From Octopus vulgaris (taxonomy: Eukaryota): 64,000 bases of DNA. The position numbers were made by a program, and so were the translations under genes. Positions 28,136 to 41,095 of this stretch are shown here, one piece after another. The DNA lies in NCBI GenBank assembly GCA_951406725.2, contig OX597823.1, positions 41,354,001 to 41,418,000 on the forward strand. The letters are read 5' to 3'. The notes under the pieces are model-generated. The model made no database searches. It saw nothing but the letters and a program-made list of their open reading frames with translations, and had not been told where the DNA came from. Numbering within the stretch: the stretch's first letter is position 1; each line of letters opens with the position of its first letter.

Positions 28136-29074
28136 ATTATTATTCACCATGATACATTCTTTGGAATAGATAACTCGTACTTTGGTATTTACACGTGTGT
28201 GTATCTGATTCAGAGATGAAAATTTATTCAAACATATATTCGTATGAGCATTTATTTATGTCATAAGTATCTATATATATCTCAACACTTAGATATTTGT
28301 ATGTGATATCAAGATATTAATACGTAACCTACAAAATGTATTTAGTTTGAGAGAGAGAGCGGGAGATTATTATATGCATGTAGCAATATATTTATACTTT
28401 TACTCTGAGTATATTCACATCTTTCCTCTGTCTCTCCTTATCTGCATGACATCTCAAATGTTCATCTCTTCTATCTAACACTATTTAGTACATCTGGCAT
28501 TTCTTTTCCTTTTTCACTTTAATTTATATACATTTACATAATGTCATCACATTCTACACAAATTCTGCAATAACCTTTGAACATTGTAAGATTTTTTTCC
28601 AGTATTTAATTTCCAAAATGTATTCATTTTATCTGTTTTCTAAATATCTTTTTAACACATAGATGTGACATTAAAAATAGAAGTAACTTCGATGTAAATA
28701 ATTATTTTCACTTTTACATCTCTCTCTCTCTCTCTCTGTCCTCCTCCTCCTCTCTCTTTCTTTCAGAAATTTTTGTTTTAAATATTTAAATATTTATTTC
28801 ATTCAGTTTTAAAAACCGTTTCTTTTGTCTATTCATGTGTTTGACATACAACACCGACATCTTTGATCTTGGAACTGTTTCTCATAGAATGTTAATGTTT
28901 CCATTGTGTGCTGCCTTAGCATAGTTGAAATGGATCAAATGCTGGATGCTCCGTGAATTCCAAGAATTATCAGGTTTTGATTTTTCAGAATAAGGATTAG
29001 ATAAATTCTTTGGAATAAAAAGGGTACAGCTTTTAGCAGGAGGATCAATGACTCTAAGAGATAGGTTTAAATAG

Positions 29075-29500
29075 GGAGGTGGCAATCTCTAACTGTGGAG
29101 GGAACCTGTGGAAAAGGTAGACCCAGGAAGACATGGAATGAGGTGGTGAAGCATGATCTTTGAATGATGGGCCCCACGGAGATGATTCAAGTGACTGAGA
29201 CCATGGCAAAATGCTGTGCTTGAGAAGATTTGTCAAGCCAAGTGAAACCATAGTCATGGCATCCACGAAATTATAGTCATGACCATTATTGGTGTCATGT
29301 AAATGGCATCCATGTCGGTGGCACATAAAAACACCCATTACACTCTTGGAGTGGTTGGCGTTAGGAAGGGCATCCAGCTGTAGAAACCATGCCAAATCAG
29401 ACTGGAACCTGGTGCAGCTCTCTGGCTTACCAGTTTCAGTGAAACCGTCTAACCCATGCCAGCATGGAAAGTGGACATCAAATGATGATGGTGATGATGA
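29075..29500 (+). mobile_element. RTE 3' end
   Basis: GGTAGACCCAGGAAGACATGG (GRPRKTW), 3' UTR core and (GAT)n tail. Confidence 0.85.
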
Positions 29501-29947
29501 TTACAAGCATGGAACACTCCCATCATGTCCACTTGGAGTCTTCTATATGTTAATAGTCTTCTATTTCAATGATATTGTGATTAGCCTCTTTTGTTGTAAC
29601 ACATGATTTGTTGGTGTCTATCTGTCTATTTATCGGTCTGTCTACATGCAGACAAAGGAGAGAGAGAAAGAAAGATTATAGGAGCCAAAACAAAATGTAG
29701 CCAGAAGATCCAGCAATTTGTTGGACCTGGTGAATAAATATTTTTTGAATACATTCTAAAAGAATTAAAACAGCCACAATCATTAATCTTATATTATGAA
29801 GAGAAACTGATCACTGTCTGCTCATCACAACATCTGTTAGTGGCAGGAAAGAAGGGGAACTCCTGTCAAAACGTATATTTAGAAGAGGAGGAGAAAAGTT
29901 GCTGTTGAGAGAGAAATACAGTAAGAGGAGAGAGAAATACAGAAAGA

Positions 29948-30011
<64 letters not shown>

Positions 30012-30744
30012 TGTGTGTGTGTGTGCGATAGATAGATAGTTAGTATTTTCACCATAGTAGCTAACAAGTTTTGATTAAAAATGCAGGAATTTTAAGTGCA
30101 TCTCTCAACACAACACAAACTTCAGAAATCTGACTATATGTATTTTTATGATGCATATGGCAATCTTTTTGGCTGTTTGTGTGTGTGTGTATTTCTCTGT
30201 GTGTTTCTATGTCTTTCAACATATAAACAACACAACACAGTCTTTCAATAAAAGACCTTCACAGTGAGAGAGAGTGTGTGCAAAAGATAGAATTAAAATT
30301 TGTTTCAAAAATGGAAAAAAAAGTCAGGTTGCTGTTGAGTATACTAGTATGACCACTGTTATAGGCTTCTGCTGAATGATCTATTTCATCTTGGCTAGGT
30401 CATTACTTGGCAGCATAGTAATGGGTAAGGACTAGTCCGAGGTGAAAGTCAGGTCTCTAAGGATTCCAGGAAAGATTATTGTTGAATGAAAAGACATAAC
30501 TGGTCTGATGAAGATTTTTTTGTATTTTGCTGTGGAAATGTATAACCTTTATATTTTAGTTGTTATAATAGCAGATCCAAAATAAGATGATATACATGAT
30601 AGTATCATTAATAGGAATGTGTTAATGTTTGTCGAATTTATGAGAAGGACATTAGTTAGCTTTTAAGAAAGTGGAGGTTGTGCCTAGCTTTAAAAAGATG
30701 GAGGTTGTGTCTAACTTGTGTCTAACTTAATAAAAGTGGATGTT

Positions 30745-31000
30745 TATGGAAACTAAAAGAAGCCCATTGCACATATGTGTGCATGTATGTGTGTGTGTTT
30801 GTGTCTTTGTTTGTCTCCCCACCACTGCTTCACAACCAGTAGTGGTGTGCTTACATCCCCATAATTTAGCAGTTCAGCAACAGAGACTAATAGGCTTAAA
30901 AGAAGAAAAAGTATTGGGGTTGATTCATTTGGCAAAAAATTCTTCAAGGCAGTATCCCAGCATGGCCACAGTCTAATGACTAAAAAAAAATAATAAAAGA
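30745..31000 (+). mobile_element. SINE family A, 3' half
   Basis: GGAAACTAAAAGAAGCCC...CCAGCATGGCCACAGTCTAATGAC. Confidence 0.75.
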
Positions 31001-31004
31001 TAGC

Positions 31005-31421
31005 CTTTACTCTCTTTTACTCTTTTACTTGTTTCAGTCATTTGACTGCGGCCATGCTGGAGCACAGCCTTTAGTCGAGCAAATCGACCCCAGGACTTAT
31101 TCTTTGTAAGCCCAGTACTTATTCTATCAGTCTCTTTTGCCGAACTGCTAAGTGACGGGGACGTAAACACACCAGCATCGGTTGTCAAGCAATGCTAGAG
31201 GGACAAACACAGACACACAAACATATACATACACATACATACATACATATATATATATACGACAGGCTTCTTTCAGTTTCCGTCTACCAAATTCACTCAC
31301 AAGGCATTGGTCAGCCCAAGGCTATAGCAGAAGACACTTGCCCAAGATGCCACGCAGTGGGACTGAACCCAGAACTATGTGGTTGGTAGGCAAGCTACTT
31401 ACCACACAGCCACTCCCTGTA
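31005..31421 (-). mobile_element. Full-length SINE family A, low divergence
   Basis: Reverse complement of the 24867-25280 family; CpGs retained. Confidence 0.9.
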
Positions 31422-32655
31422 CATTAGCATCTGAAGTCTTAGGACTCATAAGATTGGTTGCTTGATTTCCTTGGTGTCTAAGTGACCAAGATCAAAACAT
31501 CACTCCTGAATGGGATGCAAGGTCATTCATTTACAGTTGAGTGAACCGGAGCTGAATCAAAAGAAATGTTTTGCTCAAGTATATAACTCATTACCATGTC
31601 TGGGAATCAAAACCAAGATCTTGCAATTGTGAGTGCAATGTCTTAACCATTAGGCTACATGCTTTCACTTGCATCAAAATACTAATATTAAAAAAAAAAT
31701 GGTGGCAGTGATGAGGAAGATGATTGTTACACCTAATTTATTGTCCAATTTACATTAAGTGTCATATCTGCAAACACGTGAAAATCTAATCAGTAATTCA
31801 ATACCCTATTCTGCAACCACCAACACTACAAAATTTGCTATTGTTGGAAAATTCACTATTGTATTTACTGCTGCCATTTTAATGAAATCCACCACCACTA
31901 TCTCTTATGAAATAGCATTACTGTTTCTTTTCACCATCACCACAAATTTCTGTTGCTATCACAATTTCCACAATTACTTGATAATTATAGTTGTTCAGAT
32001 GACAAATAGTAAAACAGAAAGTAAAATGTTGGCCAGGAAGTTGAGAAGTACTTAAAGCCAGTTTTGCAACTGCATATTGTAAATTTATTGCAAATTGATA
32101 TCTCACTGACATTTCAAAATGAATCAAGCGGAAATGGTTTCATGTAATATCCTTGAATTTTCAGTGTTTAATCACAAAAGGTAGAGGAGATGCAGAAATA
32201 AATATTTACACAATCTTGCACATTTGTTACGCATATTCAGACATATTCACACACACCTGCTCATGCACACGCACACACACACATATGGCTGTTTACACAC
32301 TTGTGTTCACATCTCAGCATACTCACACACGCATAGTGATAAACGTATGCATATTTCTACTTTGTGCTGTGTGGATGTATACATGTTTGTGTTTAACATT
32401 CTGCACAAAATCAACTTCTATGAATACATAATTGTATGCTGAGTTGATGAAAAATAATTTAGAAAATTAACTCTTTTAAAGCTATAAGAGTGATATGCCA
32501 GTTTGAATGCATGCACACACATTTATATATATATGAGCATGCACACATTCATATACATATGCACACATATATATTGATACATACACACACACACATATAT
32601 GTGTATATACAGGCATATATGTATATAAATATATATATATATATATGTACATATA

Positions 32656-32706
<51 letters not shown>

Positions 32707-33514
32707 ATATATATATATATACATATATATATACATAGATAGATAGATTTAGATATGTATATATGTATATGCACACAGCCTTTTGTATACATTCTCTAAA
32801 GATATTCCAAAATGCTGAAGGATGCCAGTGTTTAGATGTATGCATATATAATTATCTATGAAGACACAATTACATACAAATATATTTTTCTCCAGTTTTA
32901 CAGTAAGAAACAACTGTATATAATAAAATAATTCTAATTCAATATACAAATTTATTCATGAAAACGATGCAGTTACAATGGGAATCAATTGTTTCAGGGC
33001 ATTTTTATTTTTTTATAGACATTATTGTCTGTTTAACATCCTTAATATTTAACATGTTCTCTAAACATCTACAAAGCAGCCCTTAGCAACAAAGGAGATA
33101 CTAGGGGCCATGGAGAAATGTTTGGTATTATCAAATAAAGATCATCTGTTGCTATGAGTTGCAAACTGTAAATATTCCCCCAATATATTATGTATATTTT
33201 TGCCAGTAATTACTTATGCTTCAGAAAACCTTTACTCTCTTTTATGTTTAACTCCAAGAATTTTTATATATATATATATATATATAATAAACCTTTACAT
33301 AAATAAATAACGTGAAATACACGATAGGTACACGTATTTGGGGAAAGAAGGTTTCTTCCCAGCTACATGGTTTTGGGTTCAGTTCCATTGTGTGGCATCT
33401 CTGGCAAGTGTCTTTTACTATAGCCTCAAGCCAACTAAATCTTTGTGAATTTGGTAGATGGAAACTGAAAGAAGCCTGGTGTCTATATGTATATACACAC
33501 ATAATATATATTTA

Positions 33515-33690
33515 TAGAGTGTCCCCCCAAAAATGTATACACACTTTAGCAGCTCAATGTTTTTTCTCTCCAAATGAAATGCATTGGAATTAATGATGGC
33601 AATCAGACTTAGCTTTGAGCAAAGGAAATTCATTCTAAAATGCTACAGAAAGTGTGGAAACACAGTTGAAGTGCAAAGACAGTTTAGGAG
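33515..33690 (+). mobile_element. Tc1/mariner 5' end: TIR and transposase N-terminus (DUF4817-like HTH)
   Basis: TA|TAGAGTGTCCCCCCAAAAATGTATACACAC, then ATG at 33596 giving MAIRLSFEQRKFILKCYRKCGNTVEVQRQFR. Confidence 0.7.
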
Positions 33691-33968
33691 TAGTGACATA
33701 CTCAGATTGTTGAAAAAATCTATAATAGGACCCTTGGAAGTGTAAGTCTTAGGAACTTCTAAGCTGAAGTGAAAACAGCTTGGACTTTGCCTGCTTACCC
33801 TCTTAGAAGATTTAAGTAAAATTATACATATATGCATATATATATACATATAAATATACACATATATGTATGTATATATGTACATGTATACATATGAGTA
33901 TAAAAACATCCCTCATAAAGGGACGTTTTCATCCAAGTAAATACTGGTTCAATAACTGAGCTGTATCT

Positions 33969-34082
33969 ATTTATCACCTGATGAGGCACATCTGCATCGC
34001 TAGATGCTCCTGAACCAGTAGTTAAGTGTCCAATGCATGAGGGATCAATGCTAGATGTATCGAAACAGTTGTTGGGATAAAT
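33969..34082 (+). ncRNA. Type I hammerhead motif with enlarged (~77 nt) stem II domain
   Basis: AUUUAUCAC-CUGAUGA-[GGCACAUCU...AGAUGUAUC]-GAAAC-AGUU-GU-U-GGGAUAAAU. Stem I pairs 8 of 9 bp and the core is intact. Confidence 0.7.
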
Positions 34083-34174
34083 AATAATTCTTGGATAGTC
34101 CATTTTCCACCTTTCATTCACCATTTGTGAATATATATATATGCATGCATATATACATATATATATATATATGT

Positions 34175-34207
<33 letters not shown>

Positions 34208-34447
34208 GCATGTGTATACATATATGTTTGTGTTTGTCTTCACATCATGGACTGACTGCTGGTGTTGGTTTCTTCATGTCCCTGTAATTTAGAAATTGAG
34301 CAAAAAGTGATCAATAAAATAAGTAGTAGACTTTAAAAAAAAAAAGTCCTGGTATCACTTTGTTCAACTACAGTTTTGCAAGGTAGTGCTCCAGCACAAC
34401 CAGTCCATTGACTGAAACAAGTAAATGGTTTATGTGTGCGTGCATGC

Positions 34448-34495
<48 letters not shown>

Positions 34496-35173
34496 ATACC
34501 CTTGTCTTTGCATTGCACAGTAGTCGGAAAACTAATGCCACTGTATCCAATACTGTCTTCCATTTCCTGTCTTCCACGAAAATCATGTCTGGTCATCAAG
34601 GTTAAATATAAGCTTGGAAGCAAGTGGTGGCTGGTGACAGGAAGGACATACAGCTATAGAAAATCTGCTTCCATGAATTATGGATGACACATGCTGACAT
34701 GGAAAATGGATTTTAAAATGATGATGATGAAGCAAAATATCAGAAAATCAGTAGATTGCAAACCATTTCCAAAGATTCTTTGCTCAAAGAAATTTCCAAG
34801 CACTTAAATGTATTTACTTACATATGTGCACATATATGCACATACATGCATAAGCACACCCACACATATAGCATAATTGTTTTCTATACTTTTCAATTTA
34901 TGAATTGTTGGAGAAATGTGAGATTCTTTGATTACATATATTCCTGGAATAAATAGTCCTCCCTCCCTCCTCCTCCTCATTATTATTATCATCATTATAA
35001 TCATCAATTTTAGCATCCACTCTTCTATGCTGGCATTGGCTGATGTATATAATTAATATTAATATGCAAATAATTAATTAATTAGGCAGGATTTTGCCAA
35101 TATATCAAATTAGGATCTGTTAATCAAAAGAATTAGGACAAAGAAAACGATGAGAGAGAGAGAGAGAGAGTGA

Positions 35174-35215
<42 letters not shown>

Positions 35216-35784
35216 GAGGGAAGAAAGCAAGAGGAAGAGAGAGAGGGAGACACAAAGAGTGACAAGTAATAATGCTGTCAATATCTAATTAAACCACACA
35301 TAGATAATTTTATTAAAGTGACATTTGCTGAATGGTTGCCATCATAAAAAGTAACACAAATGAGTTGAGTATACGTTGCAAGTTCAAATCCAGCTTCAGA
35401 GTTTACTCATATGTATATATATATAAACTGTGACAGTGCCACTGCTACACATATAAATTTCTTTGGCCAGATCCAAATAAGGCAGACACATACATACATA
35501 TATGTATGCATATGTATGTCTAGGTATATGCATGCAAGCAGAGTACTGTAGAATTGTGTTGGAAGTCATAGCACCAAACTGAGGGTTATCATAGTTGTGA
35601 ATACTGAGGGAGTGGAGCGATTGTATTATGCTATCAAACAGATCACCTTGCCAAATAATGACAGCTGATTTACTGAAATCTGTATATGTCTCTGCTATAG
35701 TTTGTATGACTGAACACCCTTCCTAATGCAAACCACTTTATTACAGAGTGTGCAGGTGCTTTTTGTGTGACACTTAACACCTTA

Positions 35785-36230
35785 GCAACTGGACCACATA
35801 CTTTTGTCCACGTATTGTAGTGTTTGCATATCAAAAAAAAAAAGTAAATCAACTTAGGCATTTACTGACAAAATGTTTTAAGCACAGAGTTAACTATATG
35901 TTATAGAATTGTCAGAAAATGGAAATATATAACATTAGTAGGAGTTCATATCGGTGATGTTTGAAATTATCTTAAAACAAAGGCACAGTTCAAATATAGA
36001 AAATTGTTGGGAAACATCTTTCTTTCTGTTTTTGATTTTCTCCCAAGTTTATTTTTTTTTACCTTTGTAAATAACTGTTTGTGGTGCCACAAAGGTTGAT
36101 GTAAAAGGAAAAAGATTAAAATATAAACACAGGACATAAATGAAATAAATGATGGAAATAATAATAATATGGTTGTTGTTGATGATGATAAAGAAATGTT
36201 ACAGTTAATTTGTTTGTATATGTGTGTGTA
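35785..36230 (+). repeat. Diverged inverted duplicate of 43325-43760
   Basis: Shared blocks such as TTTGTGGTGCCACAAAGGTTGATGTAAAA vs TTTTACATCAACCTTTGTGGCACCACAAA, and TTTGAAATTATCTTAAAACAAAG vs CTTTGTTTTAAGATAATTTCAAA. Confidence 0.85.
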
Positions 36231-36300
36231 TGTGTGCATGTATATATATATATATATACACACACACATATACAAACAAATTAAGTGTGTATATGTGTGT

Positions 36301-36350
<50 letters not shown>

Positions 36351-36743
36351 ACATGCACCACACACATATACATACACATATATATACACATTGTGTGGTT
36401 TAATACATTTGTAGTGTAAAAAAGTCTTTATCATTCCTGTGGTAAAATCACATCACTTCATCTGCCAAAGCAATCAAGCATGCATAGAGACTCATCTGAG
36501 CAGAAAAAGGAAAAAAGAAAATAACAAGGAATGTTATGCTAAACACATAACATTAGAATGATGTCATGAAAAACTGGTTGATGGAAGTTGTTTTGGTTTT
36601 GGTAATTGTGGAATGAATTCTGTGATAGTGGTTGGTGACTTTTATGAAAGAACATACCAACACCATGACATAGCCATAGTACCGTGACATAGGAATCCTT
36701 GTTTGTGTTATTTAGTATCCATTTCACAACTCTGTGTGTGTGA

Positions 36744-36796
<53 letters not shown>

Positions 36797-36879
36797 AAAA
36801 AGTTGAGTTGTGGGGTATCGCACGAGTGGGATTATATAAGAAAAAAGGTTTGAAAATGCAATTTAAACGATGTTTATTT

Positions 36880-36920
36880 ACTTAACCGGTTTCACTCTTT
36901 GGTAAAAGATTGTCAAAAGT
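36880..36920 (-). ncRNA. Minimal hammerhead-like motif, U3-A8 variant (left arm)
   Basis: Mirror copy of 39381-39421. Confidence 0.5.
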
Positions 36921-36934
36921 TACATTTAAGGAAA

Positions 36935-37165
36935 CATTGAATAATATGGGTTCAAAAAAAGTTTTTTACATAATTGTCACATTGAATATTATGCATTCAA
37001 AAAAGTTTTTTACATAATTGTCACATTGGATATTATGGGTTCAAAAAAGTTTTTTACATAATTGTCACATTGAATATTATGCATTCAAAAAGTTTTTTAC
37101 ATAATTGTCACATTGGATATTATGAATTCAAAAATGTTTTTTTATACATAATTGTCACATTATTT
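36935..37165. repeat. ~44-bp tandem repeat, about 5 copies (mirrored at ~39135-39365)
   Basis: TTGTCACAT recurs at 36974, 37018, 37062, 37105 and 37152. Confidence 0.9.
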
Positions 37166-39380
37166 GGGAAAATTTGGCAGAAAAGGATAAAACAAATATA
37201 TTATTGGGAATTGGTTGCGTTAATTATTGGTTGTCGCAAATTGTCACATTACATGTATATATATACAATCTTTGGTATATATATACAGCGTTTTGACAGC
37301 AAAAATTAAAATGGATTTTTTGTCCATCTCAGAATATTTTAAGTATGTTTTTACTGACCTGTCAGTATTAGCAGAAAGGCTGAACTGAGAGAACAGAAGT
37401 AGCCAATGTGGTGTATACTTCCCCTTTATGCATGAATGATTTTGGGGTTATCAGGAGGTTAGTATGCGGGTGTGAATAGATGTGTCCGTGCCTGCTGGTC
37501 AGACAGCGTCTGTTTGTCACACACATATATATACACACAAACACACACACACACAACAACACACACACACACACACATAGTATACAAACACAAACCACAT
37601 ACAAACAACACACACACACACAGAACACACACACCCACACACAACGCACCCACATATATCACATATACACACAGCACACAAATATAACATGTATCTATAT
37701 ATAACATACACAGATATATAACACACATACACACACACACACACAACACAACACACGCACACATACATACATAATATAAATATCACACAAATACACCTAG
37801 CATATATATATACACACATACAATACACACATACAGCATGTAAGTAATATACATACACAATATATGCATGCAATATACATACGCAATACATACATATAAT
37901 ATATATATATATAGACAATGCACATACATATATACACATATACATATAAATAGTGTTTACATACACATACATAGATGTACCACATATACACACAACACAC
38001 ATACATACAATGCATACACATGTGTGTATAAACATGTACATTATTTGCATGCGCATTGTATATATGTATATTGTATGTATGTGTATTGTATATGTACGTG
38101 TACAATTAAGTGTATATATTTGTGTGTATGTGTGCACTGTATATATGTATATTGTAGGTGTGCTATATGTGCATGAATACATGTATATGCATTGCGTGTA
38201 TATATATGTATGCATTGTGTGTGTATGTATGTTATGTGTGTGTGTGTGTATATATATATTATATGTATGCGTACGTGTATGTGTATGCATTGTATGTATG
38301 TGTGTTGTGTGTATATGTGGTACATCTATGTATGTGTATGTAAACACTATTTATATGTATATGTGTATATATGTATGTGCATTGTCTATATATATATATA
38401 TTATATGTATGTATTGCGTATGTATATTGCATGCATATATTGTGTATGTATATTACTTACATGCTGTATGTGTGTATTGTATGTGTGTATATATATATGC
38501 TAGGTGTATTTGTGTGATATTTATATTATGTATGTATGTGTGCGTGTGTTGTGTTGTGTGTGTGTGTGTGTATGTGTGTTATATATCTGTGTATGTTATA
38601 TATAGATACATGTTATATTTGTGTGCTGTGTGTATATGTGATATATGTGGGTGCGTTGTGTGTGGGTGTGTGTGTTCTGTGTGTGTGTGTGTTGTTTGTA
38701 TGTGGTTTGTGTTTGTATACTATGTGTGTGTGTGTGTGTGTTGTTGTGTGTGTGTGTGTTTGTGTGTATATATATGTGTGTGACAAACAGACGCTGTCTG
38801 ACCAGCAGGCACGGACACATCTATTCACACCCGCATACTAACCTCCTGATAACCCCAAAATCATTCATGCATAAAGGGGAAGTATACACCACATTGGCTA
38901 CTTCTGTTCTCTCAGTTCAGCCTTTCTGCTAATACTGACAGGTCAGTAAAAACATACTTAAAATATTCTGAGATGGACAAAAAATCCATTTTAATTTTTG
39001 CTGTCAAAACGCTGTATATATATACCAAAGATTGTATATATATACATGTAATGTGACAATTTGCGACAACCAATAATTAACGCAACCAATTCCCAATAAT
39101 ATATTTGTTTTATCCTTTTCTGCCAAATTTTCCCAAATAATGTGACAATTATGTATAAAAAAACATTTTTGAATTCATAATATCCAATGTGACAATTATG
39201 TAAAAAACTTTTTTGAATGCATAATATTCAATGTGACAATTATGTAAAAAACTTTTTTTGAACCCATAATATCCAATGTGACAATTATGTAAAAAACTTT
39301 TTTGAATGCATAATATTCAATGTGACAATTATGTAAAAAACTTTTTTGAACCCATATTATTCAATGTTTCCTTAAATGTA

Positions 39381-39421
39381 ACTTTTGACAATCTTTTACC
39401 AAAGAGTGAAACCGGTTAAGT
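39381..39421 (+). ncRNA. Minimal hammerhead-like motif, U3-A8 variant (right arm)
   Basis: ACUU-UUGACAA-UCUUU-UACC-AAAGA-GU-GAAAC-CG-GU-U-AAGU. 4-bp stem I, palindromic stem III ACCGGU. Confidence 0.5.
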
Positions 39422-39460
39422 AAATAAACATCGTTTAAATTGCATTTTCAAACCTTTTTT

Positions 39461-39506
<46 letters not shown>

Positions 39507-39842
39507 CACACACACTCACAGAGAGAGAGAGACAGAGGAGAAAGAGAGAGAGAGACAGAGTGTGTGTACTGCTCCATTGTTGGTAGGTTCAAGGAAATAA
39601 GAACTCCATCTAGCAAAAGATAAGTATTATGAATAAATACAGGATTTAATTTTGATTATTATTTTATATAGACACACACACATACATATATATGTGTGCA
39701 TTTGTATGTGTGTGTGTTTGTGTGTGTGAGTTTGAGCAATTCCAGGATAGCACATGGCATCCTAGATAAGCCTGTCCAATTACTGTACTGAGTATGAAAC
39801 TTATAATACTCACACATAAATATATATTGTGCTTACTAAATG

Positions 39843-39878
<36 letters not shown>

Positions 39879-40367
39879 CATAATTATTTAGCATCTCTCT
39901 ACTCATGCTGTTGACATGTAAAATGGACCCATAGCAGCAACAAGTGAAAGACACCCAGTACACTCTGTAAAGCATTTGGCATTAGGAAGGGCATCCAGCC
40001 ATAGAAACGAAGCCAAAATAGATGACTGGAGCCTGGGTGCAGCTCTCTAGCTTACCAGCTTCAGTCAAACCATCTAACCCATACCAGCATGGAAAATAGA
40101 TGTGACACAATGATGATGATATGTATTGCACATTGCTCGAGTCCACTCAGCAGGCAAATATAAGTAGTACCTGTATTTCAAAGGGCCAGCCTTGTCACAC
40201 TCTTTGTCATGCTGAATCTCCCTGAGAACTACATTAAGGGTACATGTGTCTGTGGAGTCTCAGCCACTTGCACATTAATTTCACAATCAAGCTGTTCCAT
40301 TGACCATATCAGCTAGGGTCCTCATTGTCGTAACCAACAGAGTGCTCTTTATATATATATATATATA

Positions 40368-40655
40368 TCATCATCATCGTTTAACGTCCGTTTTCCATGC
40401 TAGCATGGGTTGGACGGTTCGACTGGGGTCTGAGAAGCCCGGAGGCTGCACCAGGCTCCAGTCTGATCTGGCAGTGTTTCTACAGCTGGATGCCCTTCCT
40501 AACGCCAACCGCTCCGTGAGTGTAGTGGGTGCGTTTTACATGCCAGGGGAGGCTGGCAATGGCCACTATCGGTTGGTGGTTTTTATGTTCCACCGACATG
40601 GAAGCCAGTCATGGCGGCGCTGGCATTGGCCACATATGGATGGTGCTTTTTAGGT
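40368..40655 (-). mobile_element. RTE 3' UTR fragment
   Basis: (CAT)n-CGTTTAACGTCCG...CAGCTGGATGCCCTTCC, adjacent to (TA)n. Confidence 0.85.
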
Positions 40656-41061
40656 GCCAAAATATGCATATTAATGACAGATGGCAGATACAAGAATTTT
40701 TATTGATCATATGTTTTCACATATCTACACTGAGGGATGCATCTAAACCAGTTGCACAGTATCCCACCCATGAGTGATGTATGTTAGATGGGTTGAAATG
40801 ATTGTAGTGATCAATTAAGTTTCTCATATCTTCCATCTTCTGTCTCTCATTAATTACACACCCAATGAACACTAAGCCAGTGAATGTGTTTTATTGTCAA
40901 ACTACCTGGTGTATACCATACGATTTATCAAATATAGGCATAACTGTGTGTTAAGAAGCTTGTTCCTCAGTATGACATCTTGGGCAAGTGTCTTCTACTA
41001 TGGCCTTGGGCTGACCAAAGCCTTGTGAGTGGATTTGGTAGACAGAAACTGGAAGAAGCCC

Positions 41062-41094
<33 letters not shown>

Positions 41095-41095
<1 letters not shown>

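Larger units (their letters stand above)
36796..39468. mobile_element. 2.7-kb fold-back insertion (PLE-like): ~1.19-kb near-identical inverted arms, ~260-bp spacer, ~37-bp one-sided tail, inside (TA)n
   Basis: 36833-~38020 is the reverse complement of ~38280-39468; mirror ORFs in the track sum to 76300. AAAAAAGTTGAGTTGTGGGGTATCGCACGAGTGGGAT occurs only on the left. Confidence 0.85.

Noticed and set aside
37517-38783. Pair of 276-aa mirror ORFs
   Set aside because: Low-complexity read-through duplicated by the palindrome.
38845-38890. Second hammerhead-like string in the palindrome arm (CTGATAA-CCCC...GGGG-AAGTATAC)
   Set aside because: No stem I and several core deviations.
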